Below, one piece after another: positions 1 to 9,690 of a stretch of DNA of 64,000 bases. Origin of the DNA: an uncultured Candidatus Saccharibacteria bacterium. GTDB taxonomy: Bacteria > Patescibacteriota > Minisyncoccia > Phycocordibacterales > UBA3531. How positions within the stretch are numbered: the stretch's first letter is position 1; each line of letters starts with the position of its first letter. The notes beneath the pieces are model-generated. The model ran no database searches, was not told where the DNA came from, and worked only from the letters and a program-made list of their open reading frames with translations. The position numbers and the translations under genes are program-made. The stretch is taken from contig CAYIAA010000002.1 in the NCBI GenBank assembly GCA_964361405.1, positions 5,299 to 69,298 on the forward strand, in the 5' to 3' direction.

Positions 1-711
1 GTTATTGAAGCGGTGAAACACGCCTCGTGGGTTCTGGGCGCGACCCCTACCTTGGAATGGATCAATGCGGAGGATTACGAGAAAAATCCAGCGAGGGTCA
101 AAGATCTCTTGGGCTACGACGGCATTGTGGTCCCCGGCGGATTTGGGACGCGAGGCGTCGAAGGGATACTAAAAGCGATCAAATTCGCCCGCGAGAAGAA
201 AATTCCATACCTCGGCCTGTGCTATGGGATGCAGTTGGCCGTTGTGGAGTTTGCGAGGTCTGTCGTTGGTATCCATGGAGCTCACACGCGCGAAGCAGGT
301 TCGAGTGTAAAGGATGCCGTTATTGACATACTTCCGGACCAGGTTTCGAAACTCAAAGAAAAAAATTATGGCGCCACGATGCGCCTCGGTGGGTACCCGG
401 CACGACTGAAGTTGGGTACCATCGCTCGCGCGGCTTATGGCACTGACCGCACCCGTGAGCGTCACCGCCATCGTTATGAAGTGAACCCGGCCTACATTGT
501 GCGGCTTGAAAAAAAAGGCCTTGTCTTTTCCGGTATCTCTCCGGACGGACGCTTGATGGAAATTACCGAGCTCCCGAAGAGTACACACCCATTCTTTCTA
601 GGAACGCAATTTCATCCCGAGCTCACGAGCACCCCGCTCCATCCGCACCCGCTCTTCACGGCCTTTATACGCGCATCTCTTTCTCGCATACCTCGCGTAA
701 AAAAATCGTGA
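1..711 (+). CDS. pyrG: CTP synthase, C-terminal glutamine amidotransferase part (5' truncated by window edge)
   Basis: Frame is open from nt 1; GATase motifs VVPGGFG ... LGLCYGMQ ... HPEL; stop TGA 709-711. Confidence 0.85.
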   Translation, partial: VIEAVKHASWVLGATPTLEWINAEDYEKNPARVKDLLGYDGIVVPGGFGTRGVEGILKAIKFAREKKIPYLGLCYGMQLAVVEFARSVVGIHGAHTREAGSSVKDAVIDILPDQVSKLKEKNYGATMRLGGYPARLKLGTIARAAYGTDRTRERHRHRYEVNPAYIVRLEKKGLVFSGISPDGRLMEITELPKSTHPFFLGTQFHPELTSTPLHPHPLFTAFIRASLSRIPRVKKS

Positions 712-772
712 GGCGGTAAACGGAAGGCAATCAAACTTCCTTTTTTTCGTTTTTCTGCTACCGTAGAAAGAT

Positions 773-844
773 TGCCGGGTCATCTAATTGGTAGGATACA
801 TGGCTCTGAACCATGGCATCTAGGTTCGACCCCTAGCCCGGCAG
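773..844 (+). tRNA. tRNA-Gln (anticodon CTG)
   Basis: Cloverleaf by hand: acceptor TGCCGGG/CCCGGCA with U1:A72 (typical of bacterial tRNA-Gln), D-stem ATCT/GGAT, anticodon stem CATGG/CCATG, loop CTCTGAA, T-arm CTAGG-TTCGACC-CCTAG; CCA not encoded. Confidence 0.85.
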
Positions 845-985
845 TTACGAAGTGTAACGGAATAATTGCCGGGCTAGGAAGGGAGGGGTTGGGAACCGTG
901 CTATGGTTCCCATGGAGGAAGGCAGCGAGTTTTCGAGCGTTGGAAAACCGTGGGTTTCCAAACCCCGTATGCCCGGCAGTTTTGA

Positions 986-1774
986 GTGGATGAACCTGCT
1001 ATACTGCTACGTATGTTCGACCTCTCGGGGAAAGTAGCGCTGGTGACGGGGGCTCGGCGGGGGATGGGAAGGACCCACGCGCTCGCGCTCGCGTCCCAAG
1101 GAGCGCGGGTTGTCATTACGGACGTTGACTTGAACGAGTGCCAGGTCGTTTGGGACGAAGTTTCCAAGAATGGTGGCGACGCTGTCTGTTTCAAAATGGA
1201 TGTTTCGGACGCATCCGAGGTCAATCGGGTGTTCGACGAAGCAGTGCAAAAATTCGGGCGCCTCGACATTCTCGTCAATAACGCTGGTATTTACTTCTCG
1301 AAACCGGCGCTCGATCTTACCGAAGCCGAGTGGGACAAAATGATAGGCGTCAATTTGAAAGGGCAGTTCCTGTGCGCGCAACGGGCCGCAAAGGAAATGG
1401 CGAAACACACATGGGGGAGAATTATTAACATTTCCTCCGTCGCTTCGGGGCAAGTGGGCGTCGGCTTTGCCGGCGGCGCACACTACACCGCTTCGAAGGG
1501 GGGCGTGATCGGGATGAGTGAAACTCTTGCGGTTGAATGGGCCCCGTTCGGCATCAACGTGAACGTTATCGCCCCCGGAGCGATTGATACGCCGATGATA
1601 GGAGCGGCCGAGATACCGAAAGAAGCGATGGATGCGATGCTCAAGCGCGTCCCGCTGAAAAGAATCGGCCGATCGGAGGAGGTTTCTGCCATGGTCGTTT
1701 TTCTCGCTTCGGAAGAAGCGAGCTACATAACCGGTGCCACGTTCTATGTGGACGGCGGTTGGCTCGCGGTGTAA
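986..1774 (+). CDS. short-chain dehydrogenase/reductase (FabG-like)
   Basis: Rossmann motif GKVALVTGARRGMG, NNAG motif, catalytic YTASK, PGAIDTP; alternative start ATG 1013. Confidence 0.85.
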   Translation: MDEPAILLRMFDLSGKVALVTGARRGMGRTHALALASQGARVVITDVDLNECQVVWDEVSKNGGDAVCFKMDVSDASEVNRVFDEAVQKFGRLDILVNNAGIYFSKPALDLTEAEWDKMIGVNLKGQFLCAQRAAKEMAKHTWGRIINISSVASGQVGVGFAGGAHYTASKGGVIGMSETLAVEWAPFGINVNVIAPGAIDTPMIGAAEIPKEAMDAMLKRVPLKRIGRSEEVSAMVVFLASEEASYITGATFYVDGGWLAV

Positions 1775-1848
1775 AAACTGCTTTTATTTATTATGCATTT
1801 CAGCAGAAACGTTATTACACTCCCGCTCTTCTTAGTCTCGCATAAATC

Positions 1849-2229
1849 ATGAATACATCCAGGCGGATCGTTATGTGGTCGGTCGTCGTTTTCCTTGTTG
1901 CCGTCGGTATCGGTGCGAGCGTGAGCTACAGCCGGAGACCCGGCCAATATGACTCTTTTGCCCAATGTCTAACCGAAAAAGGCGCGGTATTTTACGGCGC
2001 TTTCTGGTGCCCGCACTGCCAGAATCAAAAAGCGGCATTTGGTAAATCGGCACGCTACCTTCCCTATGTGGAGTGTTCGACGCCAGACGGCAGGGGCCAG
2101 TTTGCTCTCTGCACGGAGAGAGGTATTGAGGGGTATCCAACGTGGGAATTCTCCGATGGATCGCGTGAGTCAGGGGAAGTGACTTTCGCCAGACTCGCGG
2201 AGAAGACCGGCTGCCCCTTGCCGCAGTAG
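1849..2229 (+). CDS. membrane-anchored thioredoxin-fold thiol:disulfide oxidoreductase (DsbA/BdbD-like)
   Basis: N-terminal TM helix followed by CPHC active-site motif; immediately precedes a DsbB-like gene. Confidence 0.6.
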   Translation: MNTSRRIVMWSVVVFLVAVGIGASVSYSRRPGQYDSFAQCLTEKGAVFYGAFWCPHCQNQKAAFGKSARYLPYVECSTPDGRGQFALCTERGIEGYPTWEFSDGSRESGEVTFARLAEKTGCPLPQ

Positions 2230-2238
2230 AGTAGAGAG

Positions 2239-2796
2239 ATGACGCTTGTCTCCCTCACGAATACAGTCCTTTCTTTTGCCGCCGTGGCGGGGCAGGCAGG
2301 TATTCTTCTTCTCATCGGCCTGCTCGCATTTCGCCGGACAAGAGCACTGGAGCGTATCGGCAAAAGCGCTGTTCTGGTCTCTTTCGCCGTCGCGCTCGTG
2401 GCGACTCTCGGCAGCCTGCTTTACTCGGAAGTTATCGGTTATGAGCCGTGCAAACTCTGCTGGTTTCAGCGTATTTTCATGTACCCGGAAGTAATTCTCC
2501 TCGGCGTCGTACTTTGGAAAAAAAATGGAGCCGGTATTGTGGACGCGAGCGCAATTCTTTCTGCAATCGGAGCGGTTATTGCCGGCTATCACTATCTTCT
2601 GCAGGCCGATATCGCACCCGCGCTCCCGTGTTCCGCCACAGGGTATTTAGTCTCGTGTTCCGAACGGTTCGTGATGAGCTTCGGCTACATTACGATTCCG
2701 TTGATGACATTCACGGCCTTTGTGTTCATCACCCTCTTGCTCGTCATCTCAAAAATCCACGAGAAATCTGGTAAGGTGGCGAATATCCAGCGATAA
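2239..2796 (+). CDS. disulfide bond formation protein B (DsbB/BdbC family)
   Basis: Four TM segments; CKLCWFQR motif in first loop and a second Cys pair (PCSATGYLVSC); forms a pair with the upstream Trx-like gene. Confidence 0.65.
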   Translation: MTLVSLTNTVLSFAAVAGQAGILLLIGLLAFRRTRALERIGKSAVLVSFAVALVATLGSLLYSEVIGYEPCKLCWFQRIFMYPEVILLGVVLWKKNGAGIVDASAILSAIGAVIAGYHYLLQADIAPALPCSATGYLVSCSERFVMSFGYITIPLMTFTAFVFITLLLVISKIHEKSGKVANIQR

Positions 2797-2867
2797 GCCG
2801 CATAGACACAGAAATTTGAAATAGAGAACGCTTATAGTATTCTAAAATAATCATTCGATACCTCAAA

Positions 2868-3413
2868 TTGTTTTCCGTTCTCGTTCTCGTTGTGGCGCTC
2901 GCGTTCGTGACGATTTTTCTTGACCCCGGGCAAGTAGTCCCGGAGCTCGGGGTTCGAAACGTCTATGTGCTGACGTTTTTCCTCGCCGCCTTGGGCGGCG
3001 TGTCCGCGTTCACTGCGGCTGGATATTACTCAACGCTTTTTGCGCTTGCGCTTGGCGGGGCGAACCCCCTTATCTTGGCGCTCCTCTCCGCGCCCGGAGT
3101 CCTCATCGGCGATCTCGTTTTCTGGTACCTCGGACGGGCGGGGAAGCCGATCGCTGAAGCAGTTTTGAGTAAGCCGCTCCGCTCAATCCTTCGTTTTACG
3201 GAGCGGCAACCGCGACCGATGATTCCCATTTTTGTGTACATCTACACCGGACTCACGCCGCTTCCGGGCGATTTTCTAATGATCTCGCTTGCCATAATCG
3301 GCTACCCGCTCCGGAAGATTCTCATCCCGATTCTCCTCGGCAACTTTACGCTTGCGCTGATCGTCTCACTCTCCGCCGCCTACGGAGTCACGTTTGCCCG
3401 CTCTCTTTTTTAG
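2868..3413 (+). CDS. integral membrane protein, DedA/VTT-like (TTG start)
   Basis: Polytopic hydrophobic profile; PLPGDFLMISLAIIGYPLRK resembles a VTT-domain motif; weak family assignment. Confidence 0.4.
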   Translation: MFSVLVLVVALAFVTIFLDPGQVVPELGVRNVYVLTFFLAALGGVSAFTAAGYYSTLFALALGGANPLILALLSAPGVLIGDLVFWYLGRAGKPIAEAVLSKPLRSILRFTERQPRPMIPIFVYIYTGLTPLPGDFLMISLAIIGYPLRKILIPILLGNFTLALIVSLSAAYGVTFARSLF

Positions 3414-3535
3414 TCCGCGCTGTATGAATTCCGCATGTTTGTCGTTAGAGGAAGAGATTGCTAACACAAACTTCTTGAAGAGTAATATTTATGTATGTTA
3501 ATCTGATGTAGTCTATAAACTAAAATCAAAAAAAT

Positions 3536-4084
3536 ATGTTTGACGTTACACCCCAAACCCCCACTCATATACCCGAAGTTATATTTAAAACTCGTGTAAG
3601 GGATGAATCGGTAGGCGGAGAAAATCCATATCGCTGGCAGGATGTCAAAAGCGGAGAAATATTCAGTGGAAAAAAAGTAGTAGTGTTTGCTTTGCCGGGA
3701 GCTTTCACGCCAACATGCTCATCTACTCACTTGCCCGGCTACGAGTCACAGTATGATGAACTTAAAAAGCACGTTGCCGAAGTGTATTGTCTGTCCGTAA
3801 ATGATGCTTTTGTTATGAATAAATGGGGCAAGGATCAGGGAGTGACCAAGGTCAAACTTTTGCCCGATGGATCTGGCGAATTTACTAAAGCTATGGGAAT
3901 GCTAGTCAAAAAAGACAACTTAGGCTTCGGCGAGCGTTCTTGGCGATACAGCATGTATGTCGATAACGGTGAGATTAAAAAAGTATTTGCCGAAGCGGGG
4001 TTCGGTGACAACTGCCCAACTGATCCATTTGAAGTGAGTGATGCCGACACGATGCGTACATATCTTGAGAGCCAAAAAACGTAA
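3536..4084 (+). CDS. peroxiredoxin, Prx5-like (AhpC/TSA family)
   Basis: VVVFALPGAFTPTCS peroxidatic-Cys motif; length and pattern typical of the PRX5 subfamily. Confidence 0.85.
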   Translation: MFDVTPQTPTHIPEVIFKTRVRDESVGGENPYRWQDVKSGEIFSGKKVVVFALPGAFTPTCSSTHLPGYESQYDELKKHVAEVYCLSVNDAFVMNKWGKDQGVTKVKLLPDGSGEFTKAMGMLVKKDNLGFGERSWRYSMYVDNGEIKKVFAEAGFGDNCPTDPFEVSDADTMRTYLESQKT

Positions 4085-4380
4085 ACACATACATAGCACA
4101 GAAAGAAGAAATTAGCGTAGTACCAGAAAAAATTACAGACATTTCTATTTCGTACGAGGGCGGCATTCGTTAGGATTTTGAGCAGTTGTGGATTTTTGAA
4201 TACTGCCGTACTCTTTTTTGTATGGGACCTCTGGCTTCAAACGGGAGGCCTCGGACACCCAAAGACTTCGCGGGGCAGAGGCGCGTAGTTTTCTTTGACA
4301 AGCCACTCTATTGGGCAATTCACGATCGTTTCTGTCGGGAAGGATGACATTCGGAAGATTATCGCCGCCGCCTGGTTATT

Positions 4381-5031
4381 ATGAAACAACTCATCGATCA
4401 TCTCGTTGTATCTGGTGTCTTAAAAAGCCGGAGTATTATCAATGCGTTTCAATGTATAGATCGCGCGGATTTCGTGCCCGATGAATTTCGCGACAGCGCG
4501 TATGTCGACGAGCCTCTTCCGATCGGCTTCGGCCAAACAATCTCCCAGCCGTGGACCGTTGCCTTTATGCTTGAACTTTTAGCCCCCGAGCCTGGCGAGT
4601 GCATCCTTGACGTAGGGTTGGGGTCGGGCTGGCAGACCGCGCTTCTTGCCTACATCGTCTCGCATAGCCGCGAGGGTACCGAACTCCCGGAAAATCGATA
4701 CGGCCAGGTAATTGGCATTGAAGTGATTCCCGAACTTGCCCGTCGGGGTCGGGAAAATCTCTTTAAGTATAATTTCATCAAACGCGGAATTGTCGAGATC
4801 CACTGTTTAAATGCGGTGAAGGGATACCCTGGCGTTCGTAAGTTCGATCGCATTATCGCAGCCGCTTCCGCCACGGAAGTACCCGATGCATGGAAGAGCC
4901 AAGTAAAAATCGGCGGGCGTATCGTAGCTCCCATTGATTCGCATATCGTGGTTATGAAAAAAGAAAATCAAAAGGATTTTACAACCGAGCGACACGAAGG
5001 ATTTGCATTCGTTCCATTCGTGGAAAAATGA
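4381..5031 (+). CDS. pcm: protein-L-isoaspartate O-methyltransferase
   Basis: GQTISQPWTVAFMLELL and SAM motif ILDVGLGSGWQTALLA. Confidence 0.85.
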   Translation: MKQLIDHLVVSGVLKSRSIINAFQCIDRADFVPDEFRDSAYVDEPLPIGFGQTISQPWTVAFMLELLAPEPGECILDVGLGSGWQTALLAYIVSHSREGTELPENRYGQVIGIEVIPELARRGRENLFKYNFIKRGIVEIHCLNAVKGYPGVRKFDRIIAAASATEVPDAWKSQVKIGGRIVAPIDSHIVVMKKENQKDFTTERHEGFAFVPFVEK

Positions 5032-5564
5032 ATCGCGTAACTTTCAGACGACGCCTTACAGGAGAAAATACGCCCGCTCTCGCACGATTTCTTCTCGGGA
5101 AATATCTCGTGCGGCGAGTGAATGGACGCACTATTTCCTCCATGATTACCGAGGTCGAGGCCTACGATGGGAGAGAAGACAAGGCGTCACACGCCCATCG
5201 AGGGAAAACGAAAAGAAATAAGGTAATGTTTGGTCCTTCGGGTCGGTGGTATGTATACCTCGTCTATGGGATGCACTACATGGTGAATGTGGTAACCGGC
5301 CCTGTTGACTACCCGGCCGCGATTTTAATTCGCGGTGTTCTCGCCGTGAATGGGCCAGGGAGAGTTGCGCGACATTTTCACGTGGGTAGTGGTATGAATG
5401 ACAAGCCAATCAACCGTTCATCCGGTTTTTACATTCTTGACCGTGGTACGAGAATTCGCAAAGCCTCTATTTATCAGGGGAGAAGAATCGGCGTTCAGTA
5501 TGCCGGTCGTAAGTGGGCAGGGAAACCACTCCGATTTTTCATCACCGAAGGTATTGACGGATAG
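5028..5564 (+). CDS. DNA-3-methyladenine glycosylase (Mpg/AAG family)
   Basis: ITEVEAYDGREDKASHAHRGKTKRNKVMFGPSGRWYVYLVYGMHYMVNVV signature; ATGA overlap with pcm stop. Confidence 0.85.
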   Translation: MNRVTFRRRLTGENTPALARFLLGKYLVRRVNGRTISSMITEVEAYDGREDKASHAHRGKTKRNKVMFGPSGRWYVYLVYGMHYMVNVVTGPVDYPAAILIRGVLAVNGPGRVARHFHVGSGMNDKPINRSSGFYILDRGTRIRKASIYQGRRIGVQYAGRKWAGKPLRFFITEGIDG

Positions 5565-5623
5565 AGATAAATATACTAGAGTTTTCTTGGAGATTGTTCT
5601 AACCAAAAAGGGGGGGAATCCGT

Positions 5624-5923
5624 ATGTGCGATGCCATATTTCCGGAGGTTCTCGAAAAGCTTCGGAGAGAATGGAGGGAAAAGTCGGTAACTGTCGTCGG
5701 GAACGGCGAGATTATTGCGGGCCGCGTGGGGACATTCGAGATCAAGGACAATCTCGACGCTTTCGTGGTCATCACGAACTGCCGGTTTTGTCCCCAGTCG
5801 GGGGGTGATTGGCAGCCGACCGACTTGAGGGTTTATTCAGGGAAGATCACTGGTGTCGCCTGGAAAGATTTCAGCGGTGTTTCAAAATTCGAAGTGGGGG
5901 AGTACCGACTGGAAGTCCGGTGA
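5624..5923 (+). CDS. hypothetical protein (99 aa)
   Basis: ORF ends directly at a strong terminator; no recognisable motif. Confidence 0.35.
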   Translation: MCDAIFPEVLEKLRREWREKSVTVVGNGEIIAGRVGTFEIKDNLDAFVVITNCRFCPQSGGDWQPTDLRVYSGKITGVAWKDFSGVSKFEVGEYRLEVR

Positions 5924-5927
5924 GACT

Positions 5928-5972
5928 CTGCCCCATGATTCCAACAGGAATCATGGGGCAGTTTATTATATT
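5928..5972 (+). terminator. rho-independent terminator
   Basis: Perfect 15-bp stem CTGCCCCATGATTCC / GGAATCATGGGGCAG, loop AACA, then TTTATTATATT. Confidence 0.75.
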
Positions 5973-6011
5973 GAACCCTATATGTGTTAAAATTATATCT
6001 AATTCATAAGT

Positions 6012-7751
6012 ATGCCCGCAGGATTCATTGAGCTCACTCTGGTTATCGTTGTGGCGACTGTGCTCGGAATACTCGCGCGCCTCGCTCGTCAACCAACCGT
6101 ACTCGCCTATCTCTTTGCGGGTGTTTTGATTGGATACTTTAATTTTTTTAATGTTGCCGACCGCGAAACGTTTCAAGTCTTCGCTGACCTCGGCATCATG
6201 TTCCTCCTTTTCCTCGTTGGACTCGAGGTAAATTACCGCTCGCTCAAACTTGTCGGTTGGGGGTCGGCGATGATTGGTCTTATCCAGATAGTTGTTTCTG
6301 TAGCGGCGGGATATATCCTCGCGCGCTTCTTTGGCTACAGCCCTCTTGTCTCGAGCTACATTGCCGCCGCGGTTTCGTTTTCAAGCACTATCATTACGGT
6401 AAAAATTCTCTCGGATAAAGGAGACTTGAATAGTCTCTACGGCAAAATTGCGATTGGCGTTCTCCTTTTTCAAGATGTTTGTGCAGTTTTGATCTTGGTT
6501 GTTCTCACTGGTTTTGCCCCTCTTGTTCTTGAGGGTGCTGGGAGCGGATTTGGACTCGCTACCAAAGTCGCGCAAACACTTATCGGAGGCATACTGCTTT
6601 TTGTCGTCGCCTTCTATGCAAGTAAGAATGTAGTACCCAGATTTTTTCAATTTATTGCACGCTCACCCGAACTCCTATTTCTCGCGAGTCTCGCCTGGGT
6701 ATTTCTTTTCGCGAGCATCACCGGTCTCCTCGGCTTTCCTGTCGCTATCGGAGGACTCCTTGCGGGAATCACACTCGCGAATTCCTATGAACATTTTCAG
6801 ATAGCAAACCGTGTGCGCCCACTCCGCGACTTTTTTCTACTCATTTTTTTCGCGATTCTCGGTTCTTCGGTCGTACTCTCTAGTTTCACAGGAATCGTCG
6901 GAACCATCGTCGTATTTTCGGCACTCGTTCTTATTGGGAAGCCGATTATCGTATTTTTCGCAAGCTCACTCATGGGATACCGTAAACGCCCCTCGTTTCT
7001 TTCCGGAATTGCACTTGGACAGATTTCTGAATTCAGTCTCATTCTCGCCGCGGCGGGATATCAACTGGGGCACTTATCTTCGGATGTGGTGGCGCTTATA
7101 ACCGCCGTTGGCATTGTGACAATTACGGTTTCGACATACATAGAAACGGGAGGAGAGTCACTCTATGCCAGACTGAACCCATATATTTCCTTTTTTGAGA
7201 GAGGGGGGATTCGTGATGTCCGTAGCGAGAGCACTCCGCGAGGCAGTATCGTGCTTATCGGTTTCCACCGGACTGGGAGAAGTATTGCCGATGCTCTCGG
7301 GGTTCGCTCAGATCTTCTGGTAATCGACTTCGATCCCGAAGCGGTAGGAGTACTTAAAGAGCGGGGAATTGCTTTCGTCTTTGGAGATATGACTGATCCG
7401 GACATTATTGAACGAGCGTACCTCCGCAACGCGAAACTGGTTATTTCAACGAGCCCCGACATTGAGTCGAATGTGATGCTCTTACACGCGCTCAAGCGCA
7501 GAGAAGGTACAGGAGATCTTGCCCGAGGGGTTCCTCGGATTATTACGCGCGCCCGAACTGACCATGAAGCAGAAGCGCTCTATGAAGCTGGCGCGGATTA
7601 TGTGCTCCTTCCGCATGCCGCTGCCGGCGAGTATCTTGGACACTCCATCACCCATGACCCTGAACTTCGATTTATCGACAAGGCACGGCGTGGGACGGGA
7701 GTTGCCCCAGCAAAGAAACCCAACCTCTCGCCGCGGGGGAGTTATTTTTAG
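6012..7751 (+). CDS. monovalent cation:proton antiporter (CPA2/Kef-type) with C-terminal RCK/TrkA-N domain
   Basis: About 12 TM segments with the Na_H exchanger pattern; C-terminal Rossmann segment IVLIGFHRTGRSIADAL ... LVIDFDPE. Confidence 0.85.
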   Translation: MPAGFIELTLVIVVATVLGILARLARQPTVLAYLFAGVLIGYFNFFNVADRETFQVFADLGIMFLLFLVGLEVNYRSLKLVGWGSAMIGLIQIVVSVAAGYILARFFGYSPLVSSYIAAAVSFSSTIITVKILSDKGDLNSLYGKIAIGVLLFQDVCAVLILVVLTGFAPLVLEGAGSGFGLATKVAQTLIGGILLFVVAFYASKNVVPRFFQFIARSPELLFLASLAWVFLFASITGLLGFPVAIGGLLAGITLANSYEHFQIANRVRPLRDFFLLIFFAILGSSVVLSSFTGIVGTIVVFSALVLIGKPIIVFFASSLMGYRKRPSFLSGIALGQISEFSLILAAAGYQLGHLSSDVVALITAVGIVTITVSTYIETGGESLYARLNPYISFFERGGIRDVRSESTPRGSIVLIGFHRTGRSIADALGVRSDLLVIDFDPEAVGVLKERGIAFVFGDMTDPDIIERAYLRNAKLVISTSPDIESNVMLLHALKRREGTGDLARGVPRIITRARTDHEAEALYEAGADYVLLPHAAAGEYLGHSITHDPELRFIDKARRGTGVAPAKKPNLSPRGSYF

Positions 7752-7754
7752 AGT

Positions 7755-8012
7755 ATGCAAGGAAAATTTAAAGAACGTGTACTTCGGATTGTAGAGCGTA
7801 TTCCGCGCGGGAGTGTTTTAAGTTATCAAGAAGTTGCGAAGAGGGCGGGAAATTCCCGTGCGGCGAGGGCCGTAGGGAATATTATGGCTGCGAATGAGAG
7901 TTCGGATATTCCTTGCCACCGAGTCATCCGATCAGATGGTACACACGGCGGATACCGGAGGGGAACGAAAAAGAAAATAGAGATGCTTCGGAAAGAAAAC
8001 GCGCTATACTAA
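7755..8012 (+). CDS. MGMT-family DNA-binding domain protein (O6-alkylguanine alkyltransferase C-terminal domain only)
   Basis: IPRGSVLSYQEVA ... PCHRVIRSDG (PCHRV active-site motif) in an 85-aa protein. Confidence 0.7.
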   Translation: MQGKFKERVLRIVERIPRGSVLSYQEVAKRAGNSRAARAVGNIMAANESSDIPCHRVIRSDGTHGGYRRGTKKKIEMLRKENALY

Positions 8013-8016
8013 TTCC

Positions 8017-9690
8017 ATGACTTTGTTCTCGAGAGTGAATACCTCGGAGAGAGTGTCCGCACTCCTCATTATTTTTTTCTTGATTGCGCCGCTTCTTGTG
8101 GTGAGTACACCACAAGAAGTCGGAGCGGTTGGGGGAGGCACTTTCACCGATGGAGAGATTATAGACCTCGCAAGACCAGGCGCTGTACGCATTATTACGC
8201 ATGCGCGAGGAACTGCCATCTACAAACCATTTTTTATTGACTTAAATACACTCAATCCGTACACGAATCCGGAACGCGACAGCATTCGAATTTCCTTTGA
8301 CGAATACATTGTCGGTTCAGGCGTACTTGTCAGTTCCAATGGCCACATTTTAACGCTTCTCGGCACGGCGGGTAGGGCGGGTGCGGAGATGAAAGTAGTG
8401 TCCGGAATCGCTCGCGGCGTTCTCGAAGATGAAGTTCGACAGCTTAGCCCGGCGGATCTCGCGGAATTTGAGAGAACGATTTCCGAAGAGGAAAACCAGG
8501 TTCTGATGCGCACACTCCTCTCGCGCATTGAATTTCTTGATGTGATAGAGGAGGTACGGGTGGTTTCATACGAGCACTCTGAAGGTGAAATCCCGGAAAT
8601 ATTTGAAAATGCTATTCCCGCTAAGGTAATCAAAGTAGGTGAATTCTCTACAGAAGAGTATGACGCGTATGTGGTGTTAAAAGTCGAGAAAGAAAACTCT
8701 CACGCTTTGCCGCTTCTTGGTATTTCTAATGGAGTTCTGGGTGGAGAGGATTTAATCGGGACAGCGGTATATGCTTTCCAATTTGGGAATCCAAAGAGAG
8801 GTGAAGGTGGTCGCATTCTCGCACTAGAGCTCAAGCGGGGAGTACTCGATTCTTCTGGGGATCCCAACCTACTAAAAACTTCAATCACACTTGATGAAGG
8901 GTCACGATCTGGACCGATTTTTGATGAGACAGGGGTGGTTCGCGGGCTCGTGAGTTTCCCTTTGCCCGCGGCCTATTCTTCCTTGGAGAAGAGAGAGGCC
9001 CTCTCTGTACCCATCGGTCTCGCGCGGAGCGTACTTGAAGCCGCCGGAGTTAGTGCCGAAGCGGGTGAGTATTATTCTTACCTAAAGAGTGGACTCGAGT
9101 ATTTACATGAGCGTTCCTGTGATCAGGCGATTCAATCCTTCGAAGAAGCGAAGAAGGTGACAGGAAATTTTGTTTCGGGTGGTGCTCTAGACTCTTATAT
9201 CCACACATGTAGCGAGCTAATCGGGCGCGGCAATTCACTCGACACTCTTTGGGACTCTTTCACCGAATTCCTTGGACGACTTGGACCAAGCATTTGGTTA
9301 CTCATTTTTGGTGCTCTCGTTACGGTGCTTCTCATTGCCTCAGTCGCTATGCGTTTAAAGAAAGAAGAAGTGCCCCAATCATCTCGAGAGGGGTCTATAC
9401 GTCGTGGTCTCTCAGGTAGTGCAGTGCTCAATCCGAAAGAGGAGAAGAATGAGGCGGCACAACCTGAGAAAGCGAAAGCCAGAGAGAGAGAAGTGTCTCC
9501 GGCGGACTTAGATGCGGAGGCGTCGCGGGAGATATCTACGTTAAAGCCGGAGAAGATTGACCGTTATGTTATCAATATGAAAAATGCCGGAATGGGCGAA
9601 GACACCATCATCGAACAGCTTCAACGCATCGGCTTTTCACAGGAGCAAATCTACGAAGCGGTAGTGAAGCCGCATTTCAGAGCGCGTTAA
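8017..9690 (+). CDS. membrane-anchored trypsin-like serine protease (S1 family) with cytoplasmic tail
   Basis: Signal/TM at N-terminus, GSGVLVSSNGHILT (catalytic His region), EGSRSGPIFD (GxSGxP-like Ser region), internal TM SIWLLIFGALVTVLLIASVA, K/E-rich tail. Confidence 0.6.
   Translation: MTLFSRVNTSERVSALLIIFFLIAPLLVVSTPQEVGAVGGGTFTDGEIIDLARPGAVRIITHARGTAIYKPFFIDLNTLNPYTNPERDSIRISFDEYIVGSGVLVSSNGHILTLLGTAGRAGAEMKVVSGIARGVLEDEVRQLSPADLAEFERTISEEENQVLMRTLLSRIEFLDVIEEVRVVSYEHSEGEIPEIFENAIPAKVIKVGEFSTEEYDAYVVLKVEKENSHALPLLGISNGVLGGEDLIGTAVYAFQFGNPKRGEGGRILALELKRGVLDSSGDPNLLKTSITLDEGSRSGPIFDETGVVRGLVSFPLPAAYSSLEKREALSVPIGLARSVLEAAGVSAEAGEYYSYLKSGLEYLHERSCDQAIQSFEEAKKVTGNFVSGGALDSYIHTCSELIGRGNSLDTLWDSFTEFLGRLGPSIWLLIFGALVTVLLIASVAMRLKKEEVPQSSREGSIRRGLSGSAVLNPKEEKNEAAQPEKAKAREREVSPADLDAEASREISTLKPEKIDRYVINMKNAGMGEDTIIEQLQRIGFSQEQIYEAVVKPHFRAR

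Noticed and set aside
772-993. 73-aa ORF in the pyrG-SDR intergenic region
   Set aside because: It is built entirely on the tRNA-Gln sequence; the cloverleaf explains the region.
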